Positions 15,885 to 24,549 of a stretch of DNA of 64,000 nucleotides are shown in pieces. A program made the translations under genes and the position numbers. The DNA lies in assembly GCA_035356615.1 (NCBI GenBank), contig DAOQSN010000030.1, forward strand, positions 167-64,166, written 5' to 3'. A model generated the notes under the pieces. The model searched no databases. It was not told the DNA's origin and saw only the letters and a list, made by a program, of their open reading frames with translations. Within the stretch, counting starts at the first letter, position 1. The number at the start of each line of letters is the position of its first letter. This DNA is from Phycisphaerae bacterium. Lineage in GTDB: Bacteria > Planctomycetota > Phycisphaerae > UBA1845.

Positions 15885-18437
15885 GTGAGCGACAGCCGTA
15901 CAACGCATCGGAATCCGTCGTTGCGGGCGTGGGCCGGGGCGGTGAGTGTCATCATTCTGGCACTGGCGGGCGTCGTGCCAGTGGCGCTGGCCCAGGACTG
16001 CGACTGGTTGCCGGGCGAGGGCGTGCCGGGGACCGACGGCCCTGTATATGCCACCACTACGTGGGACCCCGATGGACCGGGGCCGCAGCCCGAGCTGCTT
16101 GTTATCGGTGGGCAGTTCACACTGGCGGGCGACGTTGTCGCAAACAACATCGCCGCGTGGGACGGCAGCACCTGGCAGCCGCTGGGGTCGGGGATGAATG
16201 CCAGTGTGCGCGCCCTGACGGTGCACGACGGTGAGTTGATCGCGGGGGGCTATTTCACAAGCGCCGGAGGTGTGACGTGCAACTACATCGCCCGCTGGAA
16301 CGGCAGCGCCTGGCAGCCGCTAGGGTCGGGGATGAGCGGCGGTGTGCGCGCCCTGACGGTGTACAACGGCGAGCTGGTTGCGGGGGGCGTTTTCACGACC
16401 GCCGGCGGCGTGCCGTGCAACCGCGTCGCCCGCTGGGACGGCACCATATGGCAGGCGCTGGGGTCGGGGATGGGCAGTTACGACCCAGGCGTGTACGCCC
16501 TGACGGTCTACAACGGCGAGCTGATCGCGGGGGGCTGGTTCACGACCGCCGGTGGCGTGACATGCAACTACATCGCTCGCTGGAACGGCGGCGTCTGGCA
16601 GCCGTTGGGGTCGGGGATGAACAACGCGGTGTACTCCCTGACCGTCTGCGACGGCCAACTGATCGCAGGGGGCGAGTTTTGGAGCGCTGGGGGCGTGCCG
16701 TGCAACCACATTGCCCGCTGGAACGGCAGTGCTTGGCAGTCGCTGGGGTCGGGGATGGGCAGCCCCTGGGTGTATGCCCTAGCGGTCTACAACGGGGAGC
16801 TCATTGCGGGGGGCAGTTTCACAAGTGCCGGCGGCGTGCTGTGCAACTTCATCGCCCGTTGGACCGGCAGCGCCTGGGAGCCGCTGGGGTCGGGGATGGG
16901 CGGCTTTGTGTACGCCCTGACGGTCTACGATGGCGAGCTGATCGCAGGGGGCGAGTTTACCATCGCCGGTGATATGCTCTGCAACTACATTGCCCGCTGG
17001 AACGGCAGCGCCTGGGAAGCTCTGGGGGCGGCGATAGGCGGTGCTTCCCCATCACCCGTGTACGCCCTTACGGTCTACGACGGCGAGCTGCTTGCGGGGG
17101 GCTCTTTCACGACCGCCGGTGGCGTGACATGCAACTATATCGCTCGCTGGAACGGCGGCGCCTGGCAGCCGCTGGGCAGTGGAATGGCCGGCGACTACTA
17201 TCCCTATGTTTACGCGCTTACGGTCTACAACGGCGAACTGATCGCGGGGGGCCGGTTCACGACCGCCGGCGGCGTCCCGTGCAACTGCATCGCCCGCTGG
17301 AACGGCAGCGCCTGGCAGCCGCTGGGGTCGGGAATTGGGTCCCAATTCTCAGTGGTGTACGCGCTCACCGTCTACAACGGCGAGCTGCTTGCGGGGGGCA
17401 GTTTCTGGACCGCCGGCGGCGTGTCGTGCAAGTGCATCGCCCGCTGGGACGGCAGCGCTTGGCAGCCGCTTGGGTCGGGGATGAACGCCAGCGTGTGCGC
17501 CCTGACGGTCTACAACGGCGAACTGATCGCGGGAGGCGCTTTCACGACCGCCGGCGGCGCGACGCGCGCATACATCGCCCGCTGGAATGGGAGCACTTGG
17601 CACCCTGTGGGGTCGGGGATGGGCGGCAACATCCCCGACGTGCTCGCCCTGACGGTCTACAACGGCGAGCTGATCGCGGGGGGCGCTTTCACGGCCGCCG
17701 GCGGCGTGCCGTGCAACCGCATCGCCCGCTGGAACAGCAGCGCCTGGCAGGCGCTGGGATCGGGGATGGACGACCGAGTGAACGCCCTAACGGTCTACAA
17801 TGGGGAGGTGATCGCGGGGGGCTGGTTCACGACCGCCGGCGGCGCGACATCCAACTACATAGCCCGCTGGGATGGCAGCGCCTGGCAGCCTCTGGGGTCC
17901 GGGATGAACAATAACGTGTACGCTCTGACGGCCTACAGCGGAGAGTTGATCGCGGGGGGCGCTTTCACGACCGCCGGCGGGTACATCTCGTACTACTGGG
18001 CCCGCTGGGCTTGCTTTGCCGACTGCGATCTCGACACCGATGGCGACGTTGATGAGGACGATTTCTGGATGTTTGTCGGCGCGTTCGGCACGTGCACAGG
18101 TGACACCGGCTTCCTGGCTGAGGCGGACTTCGACAGTGACGGGTGTGTCACGCTGACCGACTACGGGCAATGGCTGCAATGCTACATCGATGCCAACGGC
18201 CGGGAGTTCGGCGCCCCCCCTCCAGCGCCCGCCGAGCCAATCCTATTGCCCGTCGAACCCGTCCCGCCGCCCGGCGAACCGATTCCATCGCCCGCCGACC
18301 CCCTGCCACCGTCTGCCGAACCGACTCCCGTGGGCAGCGAGTCGGGTGCTCTGCTTGGCGAACCGACCACGCCGACCGTCGAACCGGCACCTTCCCGGCC
18401 GGTGAAAGCGGCAGCCCCGGTCTCGGCCGATCGGTAG
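15885..18437 (+). CDS. Secreted Trp/Gly-rich beta-propeller-type repeat protein (13 full + 1 partial repeats) with dockerin-like tag and Pro-rich tail
   Basis: GTG start after a strong RBS; signal peptide ending VALAQ. 46-50 aa repeats GELIAGGxFTxAGGVxCNxIARWNGSAWQPLGSGM(x)nVYALTVYN. C-terminal DCDLDTDGDVDEDDF...DFDSDGCVTLTDY. Confidence 0.9.
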   Translation: MSDSRTTHRNPSLRAWAGAVSVIILALAGVVPVALAQDCDWLPGEGVPGTDGPVYATTTWDPDGPGPQPELLVIGGQFTLAGDVVANNIAAWDGSTWQPLGSGMNASVRALTVHDGELIAGGYFTSAGGVTCNYIARWNGSAWQPLGSGMSGGVRALTVYNGELVAGGVFTTAGGVPCNRVARWDGTIWQALGSGMGSYDPGVYALTVYNGELIAGGWFTTAGGVTCNYIARWNGGVWQPLGSGMNNAVYSLTVCDGQLIAGGEFWSAGGVPCNHIARWNGSAWQSLGSGMGSPWVYALAVYNGELIAGGSFTSAGGVLCNFIARWTGSAWEPLGSGMGGFVYALTVYDGELIAGGEFTIAGDMLCNYIARWNGSAWEALGAAIGGASPSPVYALTVYDGELLAGGSFTTAGGVTCNYIARWNGGAWQPLGSGMAGDYYPYVYALTVYNGELIAGGRFTTAGGVPCNCIARWNGSAWQPLGSGIGSQFSVVYALTVYNGELLAGGSFWTAGGVSCKCIARWDGSAWQPLGSGMNASVCALTVYNGELIAGGAFTTAGGATRAYIARWNGSTWHPVGSGMGGNIPDVLALTVYNGELIAGGAFTAAGGVPCNRIARWNSSAWQALGSGMDDRVNALTVYNGEVIAGGWFTTAGGATSNYIARWDGSAWQPLGSGMNNNVYALTAYSGELIAGGAFTTAGGYISYYWARWACFADCDLDTDGDVDEDDFWMFVGAFGTCTGDTGFLAEADFDSDGCVTLTDYGQWLQCYIDANGREFGAPPPAPAEPILLPVEPVPPPGEPIPSPADPLPPSAEPTPVGSESGALLGEPTTPTVEPAPSRPVKAAAPVSADR

Positions 18438-18473
18438 GGTCTGTGGCGGCTGGCACAAGCGGGAACAGCGCTC

Positions 18474-18557
18474 GAATGCAGAATGAAGAAGTATGAATTC
18501 AGAAAGGGCTGCGCACGCCCTCTACTTTCTGAGTTCTTCATTCATCATTCTGCATTC
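18474..18557. repeat. GAATGCAGAATGA...TCATTCTGCATTC heptad-type inverted-repeat element, copy 1
   Basis: Perfect 13-bp terminal inverted repeats plus nested inner arms. Lies between convergent genes. Second copy at 56295-56368. Confidence 0.85.
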
Positions 18558-18616
18558 GCGGTCCGCAGGCTTGCGCCTGCGGCTCTGATGGCGCAGCGTT
18601 CGGCGGTCTCGGCCCC

Positions 18617-20110
18617 TCAGCAGGCTCCACGCAGGAACGTGCCTACCGTGCGCAGCAGGATGATGAGATCCAGCTCGAAGGACATGTGCTTGAGGTAATA
18701 GAGGTCGAATTGCAGCTTGCGCTTGGCGTCCGCGACGCTGGCGCCGTAGCGGAAGCTGATCTGCGCCCAGCCGGTCAGGCCCGGCTTGACCAGATGACGT
18801 TCGGCATAATACGGCAGCGTCCGAGACAGCTCGGCCACGATGTCCGGCCGCTCCGGTCGCGGGCCGACGATCGACATCTGCCCGATCAGAATATTGTAAA
18901 GCTGCGGCAGTTCGTCGAGGCGCGTGCGGCGCAGCCAGCGCCCGACGCGGGTCACCCGCGGATCATCCCGGGTGGCCCAGACGCTCTTGCCGTTTTCCGC
19001 GTTCGGACGCATCGTGCGGAACTTATACAGTTTGAACAGCTTGCCGTTCTGGCCGACGCGGTCCTGGGCATACCACACCGGCCCGCCGTCGCTGAGCTTG
19101 ATCGCCAGCGCGATCAGCGGCCACAGCGGCGCGCTGAGCAGCAGCCCCAGCGTGGCCGACACCAGGTCCGTCACCCGCTTGAGCTTGGCGCGGTCCTCGC
19201 AGTGCACCTTCAGGTCGGCGAACAGGAACCACGCGGGCGTGAGTTCGTCCACGAGGATCTGCCCGGTGGCCTTCTCGTAGAACGTGGCCTCGTTGGTGAC
19301 CCGGCAGCCCGCCTGCAACCAGGGCACCAGCCAGCGCATCGCCTGGCCGTCCCGGGCAGCCTCGACGCCCACCACGATGTCCGTCACGGCCCCATGCCCA
19401 GACCGCTGAAGCAACTCCGCGACCGTGCCGCGATAGCCTTCCTCTGCATCACCGCTGCGGTGCTCGCCGCGCAGGTCCGCCCAGCCCACCAGACGATACT
19501 CCGACAGCAGCCCGTCCTGCTGGGCCGTCCGAAACGAGTCCCACAACGCCGGCGGCCCCACCACCAGCAGCGTCCGGTGCGCGTTGTGCACCGCCCAGTT
19601 CGCCCACAGGCGAACGGCTACCGACGCGACCAGGTACATCCCCAGCGCGGCCGCGGCGATACGGCGCCCGATCGTTGCGTACATCACCACGTAGATGATC
19701 GCATACGCCAGCACGGTCACGGTGCCGGCCGTCAGGCCCACCCGCGTCAGAATGCGGGACCGGCTCGGCAGCGTGTCGCGCTCGTAGAGCCCCAGCACGG
19801 CGCTCGCCACCGTCTGCGCGAACGCGAAGATCGCAAACGCCTGCCACAGCGCCACGTGCGGCGTCACCGGCGGCGAACTGGGGGGAATGAGCCGGAACGC
19901 GGCCGACAGGCTTCCCCACAGCAGGGCAATGTCCAGCAGCAGCCACGTCGAGGGGTCCATCCGCACCAGCGTCTGGCCGAACGCGCGCGCGAAGCGGCGC
20001 GCCAGCGCCGGTACGCTGCGGGGCACCCGCGCGGCACGGCTGCGCAGGTCGCCCAACGCCGGCACTGCCACCGATGGCGTCTTCACTCCGATGGCGCAAT
20101 CCGCGGACAA
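18617..20110 (-). CDS. Polyprenyl-phosphate glycosylphosphotransferase (WcaJ/sugar transferase family)
   Basis: N-terminal TM bundle. C-terminal KRVTDL, KFRTM, DPRVTRVGRWLRRTRLDELPQL, GQMSIVGPRPERP, KPGLTGWAQ, DLYY. Confidence 0.92.
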   Translation of the reverse strand: MSADCAIGVKTPSVAVPALGDLRSRAARVPRSVPALARRFARAFGQTLVRMDPSTWLLLDIALLWGSLSAAFRLIPPSSPPVTPHVALWQAFAIFAFAQTVASAVLGLYERDTLPSRSRILTRVGLTAGTVTVLAYAIIYVVMYATIGRRIAAAALGMYLVASVAVRLWANWAVHNAHRTLLVVGPPALWDSFRTAQQDGLLSEYRLVGWADLRGEHRSGDAEEGYRGTVAELLQRSGHGAVTDIVVGVEAARDGQAMRWLVPWLQAGCRVTNEATFYEKATGQILVDELTPAWFLFADLKVHCEDRAKLKRVTDLVSATLGLLLSAPLWPLIALAIKLSDGGPVWYAQDRVGQNGKLFKLYKFRTMRPNAENGKSVWATRDDPRVTRVGRWLRRTRLDELPQLYNILIGQMSIVGPRPERPDIVAELSRTLPYYAERHLVKPGLTGWAQISFRYGASVADAKRKLQFDLYYLKHMSFELDLIILLRTVGTFLRGAC

Positions 20111-20153
20111 GACCCTACCTCCTCAGAGCCGTCCTCATGACCCCTCTCTCTTT

Positions 20154-20296
20154 GTATGTGTTTAGCGTCTTTGGCGTTGGGGGTGCCATGCTTTCCCGCG
20201 ACCGCGGTCGCGGGTAAGCATGCCTCTGCATGCCGCCGCACATGCCCACCCCCGCCTGCGGCGGGTGAGGGCATGGCACCCACGCTAAGCACATAC
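20154..20296 (-). repeat. ~143-bp GGGTGCCATGC-family element, copy 2
   Basis: Reverse-complement match to 2846-2988. Confidence 0.9.
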
Positions 20297-20328
20297 CTCC
20301 CCTCAGCAGAGAGGGCAGGGTGAGGGGG
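20296..20328 (-). repeat. Degenerate CCCTCACCC palindromic element
   Basis: Minus strand ccccctcaccctgccctctctgctgaggggagg. Confidence 0.7.
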
Positions 20329-20394
20329 CATCAGCACACTCTGACCGTCGGCGCCCTGCCCCAGCGCGGTCGAGTGCCACAACCAGTCCCGGCC

Positions 20395-20537
20395 GGGTGG
20401 CATGCCCAAGCCCGCCACCAGTGCACAGGGTGGCATGCCCAAGCCCGCCACCAGCGGGCGCCGGCATGCAGCCCCGTGAGAAGCGACGCCACACGCGCTC
20501 CTCCGGCATGGCGGCGCTGCGCTTGGCCATGCCACCC
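20395..20537. repeat. GGGTGGCATG(C/G)CCAAGC-family miniature inverted-repeat element with a 33-bp tandem duplication of one end
   Basis: gggtggcatgcccaagcccgccaccag occurs at 20395 and 20428. Other end: gcatggcggcgctgcgcttggccatgccaccc. Confidence 0.85.
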
Positions 20538-20868
20538 GGCGTCGGCTCGCCCGGGCGCGCGGCCGCACTGTTCGCCCGGGCGCGCGCGGACACGCGTGGG
20601 CGGTCGCCCTTCTCGGACGCATCGGTCAATTGCGGGGGGCAACTGAGTTATCGGGGCGCAGCACACGCCCCATTGCTGGGGGGGGCAGAACGGACCGATA
20701 ACGCAGGCCGTCGGCAATCCCCACGCTGCCCCCGTCGCACGCTCGGGAAGCGGGGCTTTTTTGGACGAGTACGCCGCGCGGACACCCGATATCCACGCAG
20801 CAGGTTTGGCTGTGATGGTACACCCAGGGGGCGGGCCGTCGTGGTCCGCGCGCCAGGAGAGGTTCACT

Positions 20869-21612
20869 TTGGCAGCACAACGAGTCATCGTTGCGGTCGC
20901 GGTGCTCACGGGCTTGCTGGGGGGCTGCGCCGGCCCACGCCCGCAGCCTTGGGCCCCCGCTCCCCAGGTGCATTGGGAGGAGCTGGCCGGCACAGCGGTG
21001 CCCGCGGCCGAAGACGGGTACGTCATCCTCTCGCCGGAGCCGACGCAGGGGCGTTTCCCGGCCGCCATCGGTGTCAGCCGGGTGGGTGTGGAGATCGTCA
21101 ACGCGGAGACGGCTGAACGCCGACCCTACTTGTGTCCCCGCCCACGCAATGAGTTCCTCTCCTGGAACTCCGCCTTCGACGACCAGATGGCCGTCAGCGA
21201 GGTCTTCCCCGTCTGGCAGCGCGATCTGGGTGGCGCGGAGGCGACGCCCGGGCAAATCGTGGCTGCGTTCCGCGCGCTGGGGGCGAAGGTTGGGCTGATC
21301 TACGCCCAGAACGCACCCAGCGAGACCGAAGCGGAGATGCTGGGCGTCATCTACGACACGGATACCACGACGCCGCTCGCCACTGTGCACGCTCGCGCGC
21401 ACTCGGTCCCGCCGCGCGAGCGTCCCCGCGGGCCGCGCCACGCCATCCCCTGGGAAACAGACGCCCGCGCGCTGGTGCGCGTCGAGTTCCAGAACGAGGT
21501 GGCCCGCTGCCTGCGGGAGTTGCTGAAGCGGGACGTGCCCCAGACGGTGGACGTTCCCGCGGGTTGGGTGATGCCGGAAACCCCACGCTGGATCCAGTGG
21601 CCGCCGCAGTAA
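20869..21612 (+). CDS. Hypothetical lipoprotein
   Basis: AGGAGAGG RBS before TTG 20869; lipobox LLGGC; GC3-rich codon usage. Confidence 0.7.
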   Translation: MAAQRVIVAVAVLTGLLGGCAGPRPQPWAPAPQVHWEELAGTAVPAAEDGYVILSPEPTQGRFPAAIGVSRVGVEIVNAETAERRPYLCPRPRNEFLSWNSAFDDQMAVSEVFPVWQRDLGGAEATPGQIVAAFRALGAKVGLIYAQNAPSETEAEMLGVIYDTDTTTPLATVHARAHSVPPRERPRGPRHAIPWETDARALVRVEFQNEVARCLRELLKRDVPQTVDVPAGWVMPETPRWIQWPPQ

Positions 21613-21896
21613 CGCTCCCTCCCTCGCGGGCTTTCACTAAGCCGCGACGTGGTCACATAGTCCGAGCGGAAGAGCGGGCACGACCCGACCTCGAGCCCGG
21701 TCGACAGCGAGGGGCGTCCCAGCGGGTCCTGTGTTCCCTGATCCGGTCGCCCCGCTTCCCGCGAGCGGTCCAGCCCGCGCGACGCGACCCCGGACACCCG
21801 ACAGCGGGCGGTCGTCGCACCTCGACCCCGACTCGGGGCTGGTGAGGGAGACCCGCCGGCGGAGAAGTCCAAGCACTTGCGGGGGTAGCGAACCAC

Positions 21897-23441
21897 ATGC
21901 CGGCCAAAGTGTCATTCAATCGCTCGCTGCCCACGCTACTCAGCCGCAATCCGGTCGAGGTCCTCACGCTGCTGTATCTGCTGTTCATCGTTCAGCTTTC
22001 GCTGATTCCCTACGACTTGCAGCTTGGCCGTGCGGGTGGAGACGTCTTCTCGGAGCCATGGTCGGCGCGCCACCCTCCGGACGTAGCCGCGAACTTGATG
22101 CTGTACGTGCCGTTGGGCTGGCTGCTGCACGCCGGTCTGGCGCGTCGGCTCCATAGCCGCTGGTCGGCGTGCCTGCTGTCCGTGACGGCGGCCTTCGGCC
22201 TCAGCCTGAGCATGGAGGTCATGCAGGGCTTCTCCCCCTCCCGGGTGTCGTCGCTGGCGGACGTGGCCACCAATGCCGTCGGCGCGGCACTCGGCAACGT
22301 GTTGGCGTGCGGGTGCGGCTGGTTGCTGCCGCGTCTCCTCGGGGCGCTGATCGCGACGCTGTATGAACGTCCACAGGTCGCCCTCTTGCAGGTGTACCTC
22401 GTGGTGCTGGTCTTCGTTGGAGCACTGCCCTTCCTGTTCTGCCTGGATGGGGGGCACCTCAAGAACGCCGTCCGCGACGCCTATGTCGTGCCCTTCGCCT
22501 CCGACGCCACCTGGACGCAGCGCGCGGACAAGGCGCTGAAGGACGACGACCAATACGCGTACGCGATGTTCGCACACACCCGGATGTGGCACTGGTCGGC
22601 ATGGGCGGCCGAGGCCGCCTCCTTTGCCCTGCTCGCGTGGCTCATGTACCCGGTCTGGCGAACGCAGTACGGGTGGAAACCGCTCCCGGCCGCCGCCCTC
22701 ACCTGCTGGTGTGGGGGGCTGCTGGCGCTGGGTTTGAGCGTCATGCAGCTCTTCATCCTCACCCGTGGCTTCGACGCCACGGACGTCCTGATGCGCGGGC
22801 TCGGCCTCGTCGGTGGATTGTTGCTGCACGCGCGCTACGCGACGTCCGCGGCCAAGGCCGAGGCTACGCGGACCGGCGGACCGCTGGCCCGCGTCATCTG
22901 CATCGCGGCAGCGGGGTTTGTGTTGTTCAATGGCCTCATTCCGTTCGTGCCGGACTCCGACGGCAGCCTGTTGCGGGCAATCGCCACGCCGGCGTTTCGT
23001 CCCCTGCAAGCTACCTACACGAGCCGCTTTGACCTGATGACCGAGGACCTGGTAAGTAAGTTCGCCGCCTACGCCGTGCTCGGGGCGACCCTCGCAACTG
23101 CCTTGCCGTGGGTGGCGCAGCTATCACGCGCGCGCCGCGTGTGGCTGGCCGCCGGCGTGGCCGCGCTGCTCTCCAGCATGCTCGAGGTCGCGCAAGCGTA
23201 CATCATGCCACGGGTGCCGAGTCTCACCGATGTGCTGCTGGCCGCGGTCGCCTGCCCCGTCGGCGTGTTGGCGCAGGCGCAGTTCCGAGCGATGCGCGAA
23301 TTCGTGGCAGCCCAGCCTCCCTTGCCCTCGGATCGGCCGTGGACACCGACCGATGAACTGATCCACACCCTGACCGAGCCTTACGCCGCTGCCCCCAAAG
23401 AAGTGCCGCTGCCGCGCACGCAACATCCGTCGCAGACGTAG
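21897..23441 (+). CDS. VanZ-family integral membrane protein (two to three VanZ-like modules)
   Basis: DVAANLMLYVPLG, SMEVMQGFSPSRVSSLADVATNAVG; C-terminal LEVAQAYIMPRVPSLTDV. Confidence 0.82.
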   Translation: MPAKVSFNRSLPTLLSRNPVEVLTLLYLLFIVQLSLIPYDLQLGRAGGDVFSEPWSARHPPDVAANLMLYVPLGWLLHAGLARRLHSRWSACLLSVTAAFGLSLSMEVMQGFSPSRVSSLADVATNAVGAALGNVLACGCGWLLPRLLGALIATLYERPQVALLQVYLVVLVFVGALPFLFCLDGGHLKNAVRDAYVVPFASDATWTQRADKALKDDDQYAYAMFAHTRMWHWSAWAAEAASFALLAWLMYPVWRTQYGWKPLPAAALTCWCGGLLALGLSVMQLFILTRGFDATDVLMRGLGLVGGLLLHARYATSAAKAEATRTGGPLARVICIAAAGFVLFNGLIPFVPDSDGSLLRAIATPAFRPLQATYTSRFDLMTEDLVSKFAAYAVLGATLATALPWVAQLSRARRVWLAAGVAALLSSMLEVAQAYIMPRVPSLTDVLLAAVACPVGVLAQAQFRAMREFVAAQPPLPSDRPWTPTDELIHTLTEPYAAAPKEVPLPRTQHPSQT

Positions 23442-23527
23442 CGCGGCGGCATACCGGCAGCCGCCGACCACCACGGTCCTCGCTCACCCTGCCGCTTCGC
23501 GGCAAGCGATACGGGGCGGAACGGCTG

Positions 23528-24133
23528 CTACAGCCCCTTGAGCAGCTCCGAGACCTGCAAGCCCAGCGAGTTGCTGATTCGCGCCAATGCCCACACCGAC
23601 GCCGCGTTCTTCCCCAGCTCCACCTGCGAAAGCTGCGAGGTCGTCAGGTCCGTGCGGTCGGAAAGCTGCCGCAGCGTCAGGTTCTGCCGCAACCGTTCCT
23701 GCCGAATGCGCTGCCCGATGAGCTTGTTCAGCTCGCTCTCATTGGTGTACACGATGCCCATGCGGCGGCAGGCGCGGTCCACGGCCGCCAGCAGGTCCTC
23801 CTGCTTGAACGGCTTGGCGATGTAGTCACAGCTTCCCCGTCGCATCGTTTCCGTGGCGCTGTCCAAGTCCGGATAGGCCGTCAGCACGATGCAACTGGTC
23901 CGCTGATCGATCTCCTTGAGCCGCTCGACGACCTCGACCCCGTCGATCACGGGCATACGCAGGTCAATGAGGGCGATCTGAAACGACTCCTTGTCGGCCG
24001 CTTCGATAGCCTCGCGGGAGTCCGTGAACGTGCGCGGGGCGTACCCATGCTCCTCCAGCAGCAGGCCCACCGTCTTGCAGATCGTCGGGTCGTCGTCCAC
24101 GACAAGGACTTTGATGTGGTGTCGTACAGCCAT
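23528..24133 (-). CDS. Response regulator: receiver domain + XRE-family HTH
   Basis: VLVVDDD, IALIDLRMP, DYIAKPF; tail IGQRIRQERLRQNLTLRQLSDRTDLTTSQLSQVELGK. Confidence 0.9.
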   Translation of the reverse strand: MAVRHHIKVLVVDDDPTICKTVGLLLEEHGYAPRTFTDSREAIEAADKESFQIALIDLRMPVIDGVEVVERLKEIDQRTSCIVLTAYPDLDSATETMRRGSCDYIAKPFKQEDLLAAVDRACRRMGIVYTNESELNKLIGQRIRQERLRQNLTLRQLSDRTDLTTSQLSQVELGKNAASVWALARISNSLGLQVSELLKGL

Positions 24134-24549
24134 TTCACGATCCCCCTGACTCAGAGCCTCACGTACCGAACGCTGCTGCGGCATTCCGACCGCGCCGGCA
24201 GGCGTCCGGTTAGTGGTGCAGTTCGCACAGCGCACCACCACTTTGCTTCGGTAGTGTCGCACTGCACGGTATTCCAGTCATAGTCAACATGTACCCCAGG
24301 AAGGGCCTTCAGTCAATCTTCATATGGTGCTTTTTTTCTTCGAGCAGACGAGTCTTACTTGGAAACGTGTTCCGGCGTAATTAACCGCGCTCAGGTTGCC
24401 GCTCTAAAGTCTTGTGTGACAATAGATTACGGTTGCCAGCCTGCTTGCCCTGCCCTGCGACCGCCCGGCGTCCGTGCGCGCTCGCGGCTGGGATCATCGC
24501 CGAGAATCCGCTCAGTTTCGTTCCTGGACCGAAGATCGTGAGTGAAACG

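Noticed and set aside
16050-18010. Regularly spaced DNA repeats resembling a CRISPR array or a DGR template/variable-repeat pair
   Set aside because: The repeats are in-frame coding units of ~140-150 nt with no unique spacers and no cas genes. No reverse transcriptase is present and I saw no adenine-specific substitution pattern.
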